Shown here piece by piece: positions 51,150 to 64,000 of a stretch of DNA of 64,000 nt. How positions within the stretch are numbered: position 1 is the first letter of the stretch; the number at the start of each line of letters is the position of its first letter. The notes below the pieces were generated by a model, which did no database searches, was not told where the DNA came from, and was given only the letters and a program-made list of their open reading frames with translations. A program made the position numbers and the translations under genes. The stretch is from Amphiscolops sp. MND2022 (Eukaryota), in the NCBI GenBank assembly GCA_964187785.1, contig OZ076420.1, positions 27,342,001 through 27,406,000 on the forward strand. The letters run 5' to 3'.

Positions 51150-51800
51150 ATAACCTTGAGACGAACTGTAGAATTGAGAAGAATTGTGAATCACGATGAA
51201 TTGAATTTGTAACAGTACAAGAAAGAACCCTTCAGATAGTTTCCCAGTTTTTACCAGGTGTTTGAAATTCTGTTCTGAACATTTTGAATTCATTGGATTC
51301 TGCAGATTGTTTAGAATACGGTGTTTCAAAAACATTCTAAATGAAACAACAACTGCTGTTTTTTACTCCAAAACTTCATGTTGTTATTTACACTTCCATA
51401 AATCTCTCACAATGGGGAAGGAAAACTAATCTCAGCATATCTTTTTTTTTTCAAAAGCTTTGCCATGTTCCAATTTTGTGCCTGAAGATCACTAAACTGC
51501 AGTTCTTGCACATAATTCAACGACGAAAAAATCGTTTTGTGGGATGGATGCATATTTTTACTTCTTTGGGAAAAGTGCCTAAAATCAGGGGAAATAGTGT
51601 CCCGGCTAGTGACAACAGGTGGAGGCAATTTTTGGGATTTTGAATCTCAATTCTACTACCTGCGATCACAATTGTGTCAGCTGTTGTTAGATTTTTTTGC
51701 CCCTTAATTCAGTTTTTTCTGCAATTTTAAACTGGGTGTATAGTTGACTAAGAGCTTCAAAATATCTTCAGTTTTCCAGACCGATCAATGAGAGGTTTCT
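51150..51800 (-). mobile_element. Possible highly degraded LINE RT fragment
   Basis: DFRHFSQRSKNMHPSHK..SSLNY..KLLKKKRYAEI loosely fits RT domains 1-2; motif conservation is weak. Confidence 0.3.
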
Positions 51801-54274
51801 AAATATGAAGTAGTTGTTGTCTACAAAACTTACCGTTGCAAACCATCGACGGCCGCTTGTGAAATTCTGGATATCAACAGGTGAAACTATCTGTAGGGCA
51901 ACCACGTTCCACTCTTTATTTCATCTATTTTTGCTCTTTATTTGTCGTTAATAAAGTAACGAAACAGCCTTTTGTTTTACCCTAAAAGAGCTAAAAAGGT
52001 CCCTGGTAGCCCTAACTATCTGTGACCGCCGGTGGTCGAGCGAGTTTTACTTGTGAAACCCGAGGTTTTTTTAGAAAGTTGCAAAATGAGAGGGAAATGG
52101 TCAGAATTTTCATGTTTTTTTGCAAGTTTCGAGCGTTTTCTTTGACTCAAGTATTGACTATGTTCCAGCCCTTAGAGATATGTCGTTGCTGAATTAAATT
52201 ATGACGGAAAGTGCTAAAATCCTCTATGTCCAATGGGTTCCGTCTTTTTTATTTTACACATGAACAAAAAGAAAGCTTTGGTGAAATGAAATTGCTTATT
52301 CCAATAAATTTTGATTTCATCTCAAGCTAGATCGGCAAATAAAAGAAAACCTTTTTTTCAATAATTTACGAGTCGCTTTTAAACTCGCAGAGTCCATAAT
52401 GATGAATCGTTTCGGAAAAACGCGCATTAAAAATTTGTAGGCTGGATTAATTATCTAAGAAACAGCTGAGCAATTACTGCGCAAAAAGAGGTGATACTTT
52501 TATTAACATTAAATGAGATTTTATTTCTCTTTTCAATTTTTTCCACGTTTTCTTGAGATCATTGAAAATTGAATGAACAATCCTCAGACTTAAAGACTAA
52601 ATTGCTTCCAATCATCGATGTTCAAAGCAACTGTTCTTGCTTGATACAAAACGACGGCATGAATAGTAGCTACACCGCGAAGTTTAAGATGTTTCAAGGC
52701 TGAAAGCTCTTTCAAAACACGTTTGATGGAAGTGTGACGAATATAACCTTCCGAATCCGATTGATCAAAAATACCAAAGAGTCGGTGCCGCAAGACCGAA
52801 ACAGCATTCGTTTGGAATTCGGAAACGGTTAACACACCACAGAGAAATGTTTGTTCACACTATTTGAAAATTTTGATGACAGTAGCCTGATTTACTGACC
52901 TCAAATTTTCGTAAATGGTAGCTCCACAAAAATCAATTATTTTTTCCGGAAAGACACGTAAAAATTTATGACCTAAATTAATGAAATTATTCAGTACATC
53001 ATCGTTCACTATATTTTGACGTCACCTAAATTTACACATTCAGCTACTAAATATTATGATTTTTCCTTATTTCCAGATCTTGAAAAGTTTGGTTGGATAG
53101 GAAAATTTTTTAAGTTTTTGCATTTAAATTCAGTTGCTCGTAGGTCAGAATTGAATTTTGAAACAAGAACAAAAGAAAAAGCAACATATTGATTTCTTCT
53201 CTGATGATTCCCAAATTATAAGTCCCAAATTATATACTATTATGAAAGAAATGTTACTTTCTTTGAAAAACAAGAAATAGCTCGGATCAACCAGCATTAA
53301 AAGCGATGTTTCACTTTGTCGTAAAAATAGCAACAATGCTAAAAAATGCTGTAGCTGAACTCGTTCGAACGTCAAGTCAGAAACTTATATTACCACCGTG
53401 AACAGTTTTTTTCAGAGAAACCATTCATTAAAATGTTCATTCAAAATAGTCTTAGCTCGAAATTCAATTCTGCTGATTCTAATAGGCTAATTTATTTGGT
53501 TCCAAAGTGTAGTTCACCTGTTGTTCTCAGGAAAAAAAGGAAGTAAAACGCTTTGATTGAATGGAAATCCGTGAAAAAAATCGATTGATCGATTTCTACA
53601 GTCTCAGTGAAATTGATGTCAAATGCATTCACGCTATCTTTGAATTGATTTGAAAACTGTCTGCACTCAGAATTTGGACTGCGGGCGGAATCCGAAAAAG
53701 TTGAGAGAAATTGCGAAAAGTTCCTAATACGGAAAGAAGTTGTTACTTTCTTATCCGATTCATTTGCTTCATACTATATGTATCAACGGAAAAAGTCTTT
53801 TCAATCTCGTCATACTCTATGATACCAAAAAGTTAAAATTAGCTAATACCACAAGCGAAAACCAAAAACGGATGGTAGCAAGATGCGTGAAATGGTAACA
53901 AAACGTATATTTTCAACATTTATTCGTCTTATGTAAAAATACGGATTATGATTTGACGGAATTTCAACTGTTTTTGACTGCTCAAAAAAATTTCAGTAAA
54001 AGGTTAAAGGTGAAAGGTAAAGAACGGTGTCCAGGCTACAAAAATAAAAGATGGGGGATTTATTTTTGACCAACAGTTTTCAGGATATTGTGTAATATTC
54101 GAAATCACTCAAAAAAACCATATGGCATATCTTTTCAAATTTTTAGTTTTCGAATTATTTTGTAAAAAAGGTAAGAGATGTAAATCTGATCAAAATGTGA
54201 GAACGTTTGCTCCTCAGACTTGCAACTAAATGTTTAAAAAAATATTGTGATTGAATTTTATACCGAATTCCCTA

Positions 54275-55126
54275 CCCTAGTTGAAAAAAAAACACAAATC
54301 TTGCAAGAATCTTGCAAGATGTCTTGCAAGATCTTGCAAGACAATGCATTTTTCTGGCAGGTTTCTTGCAAGATTCTTGCAAGATATACCTCATCTTTCA
54401 AGATTCTTGCAAGATGAAATTTTAGCTTGCAAGGTTCTTGCAAGTCAACCATTTCTCTTGCAAGCATCTTGCAAGATATGCCATTTCTAAATTGTGTTCA
54501 GCATGTTCCAAAAAGTCCTCGTAGCCTGCTTCAGCCTCGTACAAACGAGCAGGTGCACAAAAAAGCCTCATTCACAATAATAGATCAAATGAATGAGCAC
54601 AAAAACCATGATGGATGTCTCTCGAAGTCCGTCAAAAATCAGATCAGGACATCGAAAATATCCGTCGTTTTTATAGTCCTAACTGGCTAACTGAGAAACA
54701 GTCGACACTGGCAGGGCTACAAACAAAAAAGGACCTCGAAAAAAACATTTGATCGGTTTAGATCTTATTCCATTAAATCTTATTCCCCCTTTCCGGGAAA
54801 AGCCCTTTTTCTATCACTATACCCGGTCATATTGAGTCCAGATATAGTCTCGACTATGGGAATAGTACCGATACGATTATTCTGACCATAAACTAATGCT
54901 CATGGGGTATATATGATACAAAATACACTTAAATGTGATAGGAAATACAAGCAACTAGTTTTCCCTACTCAAATTCAAAATGGCCGCGCCCTATTAACAA
55001 CATCGAATTTTTCATCGAAATTTTGGCTCGATATATTTCTTGCAAGAATCTTTTTCTGTCAGGTTTTTGCAAAAAAATGTTATTTCTGACAGAATCTTGC
55101 AAGATTTGTATTTGTTTCAACTAGGG
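54275..55126. mobile_element. MITE with TIR ccctagttgaaa and TA flanks, with tcttgcaaga subterminal repeats
   Basis: ta|ccctagttgaaaaaaaaacacaaatcttgcaagaatc ... gaatcttgcaagatttgtatttgtttcaactaggg|ta, with more than 10 cttgcaag motifs near the left end. Confidence 0.75.
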
Positions 55127-56149
55127 TAGTCACGACTGCTGAAATTCAGTGAGATTCCAGCGGTAAATTTTGAAGAATTACACTGCGTTTTCCACCTCCG
55201 TAATTAAATTCGAAAATATTTTCAACTTCATCACCTGCACGATAATTTTGTTTTCTAAATGCATCTAATGGAATCGCCGCTTCTCAAAAGCACACCCAAG
55301 ATGACCCTAAATTGTAGCTTATAACGTCACTGAAGTTACTTTGCATCAAAATGGCGGCACATTCGTTAAGGTATCAGCTGCATTATAAAATATAACTGAT
55401 GCATCAAAGAACGTGCAAAGCTTCACAGGTTGAAATTGCCTTCAAAACTTTGATGCATCTTTCAAACAGCTTTATAAACGTCGAATACAACAGCAAAATA
55501 ATTTCACATGAAAGTTTTCGTGATAGGTTTAGAAAATCATTATAAAAGTTGCTGGCAACTTCCAAGAACATGAAAAACGTTCAAGCAAGGTCAACAAGTG
55601 TCTCTTTAGCTTTTTGGTAATCTAGAGTGGTTCAGAGAAGTAGCATTTTTTTCTGCGCTGTTCACGTGTTCGTGTTAGATCTTGGAGCGTTCTCAGAATA
55701 TGACGTCATGAAATTGCCAACTCTGTTGTTATTTTTTTATTTTCCGACCCTCATTTTCAATGGGGGAGGAAAATCATAATCTGTGTTGTTTTTGTTCCAA
55801 GTTTTGCCAAAACTCCACTTGCCTCCATCCACTTGCACTATTTGAAGTCTGATGAACAAGTCTGATGAACAACATTTCAAGCCTGATGACCAATTCAAGT
55901 CCATATCCTTTCACTTGCCTGACTATCAAGTAACTAAAATAGCTAGCCTAGAGTGGGAATATTATCTAAAGGCAAAAACGGGAATAAGATCTAAAGGGAA
56001 TAAGATCTAAAATTTCAGCAGGGGAATAAGTTCAAAGGGGAATAAAATGCGAAAACACTAAATTTTAGATCTTATTCTTTAGATCCTGTTCCCCTTACCA
56101 AAATAGCTCCGTTGGTGAAGGCGAAAAGGGCGGAAATTATCTCCCGGTG

Positions 56150-58300
56150 CTTAGCGGGCGTCTTGTTACCAATTTCAAGCGTTGTCAAGAAAATCTGCTG
56201 GATGTTTTTGGGAAACAGTTTTCACCAATTACAACTCTACGCAAGGGCACGATAAAATGGCAAGTTGCCTGGAGGTCCATGCGTGGAAATTACATGTACG
56301 GTTGGGTACTTTTGTTCGTAATATAAGACGATTTCCACAAGAATTGTTGCTTTTGTGAAAGCATTACTTTCCTTTAGGCCTTCCTTTATTCCTACATTTC
56401 AATGGAACTTGAAGGCAACAGCATTTGAATTTCTGATCCGTCCGTCTGTACCATACTTGATGTTTATAGCTCCAAAGTGTTCGTGTCTATTATTCAAATT
56501 AGATTGGAGATTAATAAAGTGAAGAAGGTTATTGGGTTTCTGGGCGGTTGTTGGTTGAAAGGGTTGTAAAAGTTGAGCTAGTAATTGATTATAAAACTAC
56601 TCGTGTTCAAGTAATTGTCACAAATGTCAAAATAACGTCGATATGTTGACAATCCAAAATAATTGCTTCACAACTCCGCAGAATCTCGATAACGTTTTCC
56701 ATTTGGGGGTAGGACTTTGGAAAGATAAACAGTGAAAGTTCAACTTCTAATTGGAACCACCCAAAAACTGTCAAAATGTTTCTAAATTGGGACAACCAAT
56801 CAAAATTGGCCATTTATGCCATGTCTTCGTTATGTAGCCTAAGAAAGTTTACGTAATTGGAGACAGGGGAATGGAATGCAGTAATTAGGTTACCACTGCC
56901 ATTAATACTGCTCGTACCAATTTTTTCAGAATCTTTGCAATATTGCATTTGGTCGACGGAGGCCATTTTGTGAACTGGTTTATATTGCGATAAATTTTTT
57001 TTTCGAATAATCGTTAATGGCATCATTTCTTCTCGAAATTTCTTTAAAAATCTGAAAAAAAAACATATCTGAAAGTCTTCAAATAACTGGTTTGAGCATT
57101 TGAGCTTCGAAGCTCGAAAATTTTCAACATTACCTTTTATTATTATAATAAAAAAAGTATTGTAATTTTGCTATTTTGTCACATATTCACATGACTGAAA
57201 ACTAAAGATTTTACAAATAAGTTTTAAATTACAAATGGATTACACTTTTACTTTCGACATATCGTTTTTATATAAACAAGTAACGATGTAAAATTAGGAT
57301 ATATATTGCATAAGGGCTTTATATAAAGGCTTGAAAAAAGTTACCGGTTTTTGCACGGCTTTTGTATGATAAATTCAACCAGTCTTTGTAGGGAGCAAGA
57401 CAACCTCTGAAAAATGTCATGACTTTTTGATCAAAGACACGCTGCCGCGGTATGACCTCGATTTGCACAAAAATGAAAGATTGGAAATGCATTAACTTCG
57501 CTCTAAATTTCACGTACTGCAGGTACTGATTACCATTTTAGTCAGTCTACATTTGTTCGTTCAGCTCCAATTTGTGGAGGAAATGGGAACTCTTTTCATC
57601 TAGACTAACGGAAATCATACTGGATAACACTATGTTACATCTTATGTGCCATGTTTGTAGTACAGAAATTAACGACGTATACAATTTCTCAAACTTTTCG
57701 CGTTCGAACTTTTAACAACCTGGTCAACTGTTTGCTCTCCGAATAATTCGTTTGTACAGTTTATATACCGCAAAGTTGTTAAATGCACCTTCCGAAATAA
57801 CTCTACGTTGAACGATTCTTTATTTCATAGGTTAATAACTTTATATATCGTTCTGGTAATAACATCTACCAGAGCAGGTCATATATTACCAAGGCGAAAA
57901 AAAAGAGGCAACTTCCTTCGTTGTCTTCATTGGATTGTGAAAAATTCCAATTACTAAAATTGAAGTTTCCAACTTCAGCCAGCCTGATATTACATGATTT
58001 TGATTCCCTCAGGGGAATATATGATTGAATAAATTCCCCATCCTCGATTTACGGCGTTTCTGATTTGAATATGTTTCATAGACTTTCAACACCATTAATT
58101 GCGCGTGATACAATTTAAATGGTTCGGCATCCACTCAGAGAAAAATTTTCCATCCAAAATTATTCCCAATATGAGGAAGGCAGGGAACTGTTTGACCAAA
58201 GTAAAACAATCAAAAAGATTCAAATGTTGACAGGAAAAGGGATGTGGATTCTCAACAAAAAGCTTGTCAATTGGTGAAATGGATGGGGAAAAGAGAATGA
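56150..58300 (-). mobile_element. Old degenerate CR1-like LINE ORF2 (APE through RT domain 5)
   Basis: Minus strand reads AEVGNFNFSNWN (GDFN-like), WKTL..NISTLF*HL*QLLEHE*FYNQL, PNNLLHFINLQSNLNN and HVISTHGPPGNLP (GVPQG-like), plus attttcttgacaacgcttgaaatt resembling IFADDLKI. Confidence 0.5.
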
Positions 58301-60320
58301 GTTTTAAGAAACATTCATTATAGGAATGAAATTGAGTTAATATAGTGATAGATAGTATGCCTCGATATTAAAACGACTGTAACGACAAGCAAGGATAGCT
58401 CAGCAGCTACACGAGGTGGTGGAACTAGTACGAAACCGTATTGTCCGGGACTGACCGTTTCGACATACCAGTCCATTTCACATCCGTAGGATGCCTGTTC
58501 CGAGGAGCGGGCACCGTCTTATCGACGCTCTCTGTCCTGAGTCCAGTCTTTTACTGCTATAAAGTACGGGCGTCTTGCTTTTCTCTCAAGACCACCGCAT
58601 AAAGAGCCTTTAAAAACGTTCCGAGAATAAACAGCATCAATTTCCATTTCCAGGGTGATATCGGAATAACGTCTAAAATCGCAAACACTCTCGGGCAGGT
58701 AAATAAAGCTAATAACAAAGAAACTACATCAAAGCACACATAGACATGGCAGACCACATTACTCACTACTTAGGGTAGCATAATGCTGAAAATCGAAAAA
58801 ACGGGTATTAGCACCAAAGAGTCTTTCGCGAGGTTTTCACAGTCTCTCTAAGCTCTCAGACTGTTTCGTTCTCGGTGTTCCCGCTCGGTGTGCTCTCGTC
58901 CTCGTTTTTCATTGAAAATGGCGGAAACAACGAAAAGAGCAATCACATGTCTAGTGCCACGTCACACATCGAATTAGAATTTTTCACCAAATTTCTTGAA
59001 TATGTCCAAATTTCAAAACTCACTGATTTTGGTGTACCAGAGGGTGCCGTTGCACTGCACGGTCTGGCAGACCGTGTTTCGTGCATTTTTTGTGTTTTTC
59101 ATATAGGTGTTTTTCCTCGGATGTTTGGTATTTTTTGATACTTTCGGAGGTTGGCTTTTTTAAATTTTTTTTTCGTTTTCTCTCTGATTTTTCTCAGTTT
59201 TTTCTCAATTTAAATACCAGACTAAACCACGAGAGTAATTTTTTCTGAGGTTGAAAATAATTCAAAAAACCACAACGAAAATAATATATAAAACAGAAAA
59301 AATTACGGAAAAGGGCTGCGTGAAGGAGACTCAACATTATCACAAAAGTTTCAAATATTTTTATAGCGCATTGAATGTGTCAAAGTTGCTGCAACTGTCT
59401 TCAGTTTAAAAACATCAAGCTAAACAAAATTAGCAAAGTTTTTCCATTTGCATTTTCTTTGAGAAAAGCAAGTAGCAAAGGTTGCAGCGCAACTTAAAAA
59501 TTGCCAGATGCTCTGCGTTAGACTCTTGCACGAATGAAATCAATTCAAACTTTTCTGTTTTGAAATCCAAGATAAAAGTTTCTGATCGATTTTATCAACT
59601 CGTTTCGTCAAAAAAGCATGGAGTCGAAGCTTTTTTGAAACAATTGTGCAAGGCAGCTTACGGCATATTGAATACGTGTTCAAGTTGCTGCATCTGTTTT
59701 TAGTTCACAGATAATAAGTTGAGCAACGTTGAAACAGATAAAAAGACTTTTTGCATTTGCTTTTCAAAAGGATTGCACAAGGTGCTTAAAAGATTGCGTT
59801 CTGTATAGTTACACTCAAAAAGACACCGTTTTTGATGTATCTACCTCACTGCAGAAATAAAGGACTTCAAAGATAACAATTTTTCGTACGTTTACAAGCT
59901 GTTTCGTCAAAAGCTCCAAATGTTATATTTTTCCTAGTATTTTATGACCAAAGCAACAGAGATTTTGGTCGAGTTTTGTTTGACAAAAGCAGGCGCGTAT
60001 CATAGGGTATGTTTAAAAAGATTCAAAGCTTAAATTAACGAAAAGGTCACGAAACCACCGATGACAGTTTGCCTGCCCGTAGATTAGGCTCGCTCAAGTA
60101 GGGATCATGTCAAATCCTTACAAACAAAACTAGCTGAAAAAATTGATAATAATGAACTATTTCGCTCACAGCATTTGACAATTGATGTAAATCCTCTATG
60201 ACAATGTGGTTTTGGGTCCCTAGGTTTCCTTATCTCTGAGTTTTCGGGTCTAAGGAACATCTTTAAACTCTTCATTGGATAACCGAGCCGGAAAAACCTC
60301 CACATTGTGCTCTAATTCCT

Positions 60321-60802
60321 TTTTAGTCGGCGCTTCATGAAGTGAAACGCGACTATTATAGTGATTCTTTTTTTTCAATCAACACGAACTGACCAAATGA
60401 GTTCTTGAAAGTTATACGAAATTTTATGGTGCCAAATTGAAAAATTTGGCTAAGCGAATTGAACCAAAAAGTTTTTTAAATGTTTTTCCGCGTAACATAC
60501 AATACCAGGAGAGACTAAAGGGTCCCCCCTTTCGGATTTGTTCGGCATTGTGAGACTTTTTTTCGAAAACAGAATTTCAAATTCCAAAGGGCCCCCTTCA
60601 ATTTTTTTGATGTTTTGCAACAATGGATGTTAAAAAATGCGAAAGGGTCCTTCTTTAGCGCGTGCTAGCGGGCACCTGGCGTGCTAGTTCCGTCGTTTGG
60701 GTTTTTCGTGAGTTTGATACTTTGAGTTTTTTGACACTTTCATGTCCTTTTGCTATTTTGAACCTTAGATATGGCGCCAACTTATGCTGTTCCCGGCTTG
60801 TT
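60321..60802 (+). mobile_element. Family A HINE/DINE-1-like repeat, best-preserved copy
   Basis: 5' ttttagtcggcgcttcatgaagtgaaacgcgacta and 3' ccttagatatggcgccaacttatgctgttcccggcttgtt; collinear with 29102-29691. Confidence 0.55.
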
Positions 60803-63800
60803 CTTTCATTATCTTGGTATTTGCTGTTCATGGAAATCTCGTTCGGTCTTGGTTGCCTTCAGTGATTTCGAAGTCTTTGTTAAGTTCAATGTCACTATGC
60901 ATTTTGATTGAGAAGTGTGTAGCCATTTATTTACATTTTCACGTTAGACTCATTCAATAATATTTGTTGTTTCGTTTTGAAGTTTCAGTCCTTCAAGTAC
61001 TAACGTTAATGTTTTAACAGGTTGTTGTTCCGCTTCGTTCTACTGTTTCGATTGATGTTTTTTTTAAAATTCATCAGTTCATTCATCTGTTCACGTCATG
61101 GCTTTACATCCGTGATTCATTCATGATTCCTGGATACGCCATGCCGACAGTCATTCCAAAATCATGGAAAGATATACATGATTCATTCATGAAAAGCCAT
61201 GACTGTTTCAACAACCAATCAGATTCAAGATTGTATTCAGGAATTGTCAAAGAAAACTCTGAAATAAACCAATTCTAGTTTTACAAATCTGCATCAGTGA
61301 GCTATTTGAGGACGAAATGAAACGAATTGTTGTACATTTGTATACATTTTTCAGCATTTATAGTTTTTAAAGCTTTCTCCTTGTAACGGCTGCTTGATTC
61401 TGAAACTTGACCAATTTTATACCGCCCTGACATTAGTGATCGGTATTGCGAATTGTCACCGTACAATGCTTAGGTCCTAAATTAGAAGAATGTACCTTGA
61501 CTGAACCGGGTTCCAATAATCCCAATTTGCACTTCTTCTTTATCTCTTAACACGTCCAATTCTCCACAAATTGAGAGTACTAATTTAGTCTCCCTCAGTC
61601 TGACGAAAGTTTGAGAATTGAAGTGATCCTCAGACCCAATATGAATAGAGCTTTTCACTCAATTTGTGTCTAACTAGGTACGGTATACATCTCGCTTACA
61701 ACTATTGGATAAATTTACTTCAAAATAAATGATATTTAGATGAAATATGAAAGTTCATTTCTATATGAATAAAGCATTACGTGGGTTCTTAATGTTGGTT
61801 AGGTGGTATCAAGTGGTATGTTTACACAACGTAAATATCACCGATTCGAGGGTCGGTCTGGCATTTGCAGTTGCGTCATTGGGCGTAATCACATTATATG
61901 CATTTTCAGTGAATGACCTTGGAAGGTGAACTTGTGAGGAGTAAATGGGGTTATAATGGAAGAAGGTTATAATGGACCTTGAAACTTGGACGCGGTGTTT
62001 GTATTGAGTACCTGCATACGTGTGCCAAATTTCATGGCTCTATGACTACAATCTTCGAGAAAACCCATTTGAAAGGGGGTTTCGCAGATTTTATGATGAT
62101 TTGATTGCTTCAAGCATTTATAATAGTTTCTAAGAGGTTTGAGTTCTTTATTTTAACCATTATGTTCGAACTCGACTTTTTTCATGCAGTGGACTGGCGC
62201 CAACTCTCCCCTTCTCTTATCAGAATAGTTTTACGCCTTTCAACCAGACTTAATCGTTTTTCTTGATCGAAATCCAATAACTCTTCCCGAACATCGTGGT
62301 CCGCAAAGCGCTTTTTGCTATCGCATTTTCCTAAGTGAAAAAACTTCTGCAAATGCCTTCAACATTGGTGACACTTTTAAAACGTGAACAGCTGCATTTG
62401 TGCGACAACAGTTGTGACATTGGGCATTATCGTTAATGAATCAAACACCCTTTCCATTAATTTGTCATTAAAAGCTACAAGAGAAAACTTCAGCATTGAG
62501 ACCACTGTCATGAAATTTATAACAGAAAAATCGTAACTGTGGCAACCATGTTGTAGCGTCCTTATCCCTAATTGATGGCCCAAAAGATTTGCATCTTTGT
62601 CCTTCTGCGAAGATTCGATTATCTTCCAGGGAGGTCTGTTTGTGAGGCATTTTAAAATTAGAAGTGGCTTTGTCGAAAGTCGTTTTGACAAATAGTTCAA
62701 TGATAATGAACAGCCAATCAGATACGCTCGCTCAACAAAATAAGCGGCTTTGTTAAATATTGAACTCCTATCGAACGCCTCTAATTGGTTTTTGCTGAAA
62801 TGCATAAATTATCAGACTTGCTAAAAGCTTCCATGGTTAACTAGCTTTCTCTCATGGATCGTCATGGATGAATCGTGGGCTCTCATCATAGCAATGATCA
62901 TGGATGATTAGCCATGTTTCGAATGTAATGAAAATCACCAAGGATTACTATAGTGATGCGTTACAAGTTTTCAAAAGCCCTTGAAATGCGTTTTCATTTG
63001 CTTACATTCGCATTTCCCAGTCTTAAACAGGTGAGGAGTTATTAGGATTCTAAGTCAGAATTGCGGAAGCCAGAATACGTTATCGTAATTTTTTGCACAT
63101 TTTTGCATGCAAATTTGTTTCAGCAGGTTGAATCATTTTGATTAGTCGCTTTTGGGTGAAATGAGGCTTTATATTGTGTCTCGGCTGCTCGTACCGACCG
63201 AAGTTATAGTATTTTTTATAATCTTAGAATTTTGTCCATCGTGATAAAATACGATCTTGGAATAATGTATATCATAGTAAGATCTTAATAAGAATCTTGC
63301 CATGCGATCCATGGTTGCCAAGATGTAATATGAATTTGGCAAGATTTTGCCAAGACAGCCAAGATGCTAGTAAGAGGGTAGCCATGATCCGAATGATCCC
63401 ATGAAAAAGCCAATGGCATGATCATGTATGAAAAGCCGAAAATGAGTCATGATGGTGAACACAGTAAAGTATGCACAGCTGGGATCACAGTTAAGCATAC
63501 CCTACTGTCATATACAATTACATGCGGAATATTTAAAAAATTATACAGACTAAATAGACCTAAACTTTGTATATATACTAAAGTTCATTCAGATTTGATG
63601 TCATGTCAATTAATGACGAAGTATTGAAAAATATTCGAAAAGGTTGCTCGAAGATCGGATACGTTCGTTGATGATATACGCCAACCGTCAATGCCAGCTC
63701 CAAATAAATAACCTCTAGACAAACCGAGGATTGATTCGCATTGTATGGACTTACAAAACGAGAGCGTTACTTGGAATATGGATGTAGTTAATGTCTATTT

Positions 63801-64000
63801 GATCTTGAGCAACCATGAATTTTTGGAGTTTCCGCTTTCTGTTATTCAACTTACATGTATACTGTTGAACATTACTGTTGACTTTTCAGCTACTTAGAAT
63901 GACCATCAACCAACTACATCAAGTCTTACGTTTTGTCTGACAGTAATTTAAAATTAGGTTCAAAACACGAGTTTAATGCAAAAGTTGGTTGACAATGCGA

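Noticed and set aside
57500-58000. LRR-like words (ISEGAFNNF, LHKLELN) on the minus strand
   Set aside because: There is no periodic LxxLxL pattern, and the flanking sequence fits LINE APE/linker/RT order.
58557-58780. Possible DIRS tyrosine-recombinase remnant (PHYSLLRVA)
   Set aside because: The R-H-R-Y catalytic set could not be reconstructed.
62377-62805. 142-aa minus-strand ORF as the missing GPCR TM1-2 exon or a host gene
   Set aside because: No TM1/TM2 motifs and no recognisable domain.
1-64000. CRISPR arrays, rRNA, tRNA or prokaryotic operons
   Set aside because: No short repeat-unique spacer pattern or structured RNA signature was seen, and the sequence is eukaryotic (spliceosomal intron, LINEs).

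Overview
AT-rich invertebrate-type eukaryotic DNA with two 200-N scaffold gaps (4924-5123, 37191-37390). The repeat landscape is reminiscent of an acoel such as Symsagittifera, but that is unverified. The only convincing host gene is a large 3' exon (35565-33971, minus strand) encoding TM3-TM7 of a muscarinic-acetylcholine/histamine-like aminergic GPCR whose binding pocket has diverged. Most of the rest that I could identify is transposon debris: several degenerate CR1/L2-clade LINEs (one nested in another), an internally deleted hAT with TIRs and an 8-bp TSD, an internally deleted Gypsy-like LTR element with a 5-bp TSD, two LTR-like repeats carrying an ORF, and HINE/DINE-like and MITE repeats. 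Some AT-rich stretches remain unassigned. The most striking structure is a ~15.7-kb tandem array (2.5-kb and 1.41-kb units) built from fossil endonuclease/reverse-transcriptase pieces of two different LINEs. A second, independent ~1.2-kb-unit array is also built from a LINE RT fragment, and there is a spacerless 158-bp palindrome. All protein assignments come from manual translation and motif recognition; no database search was run.
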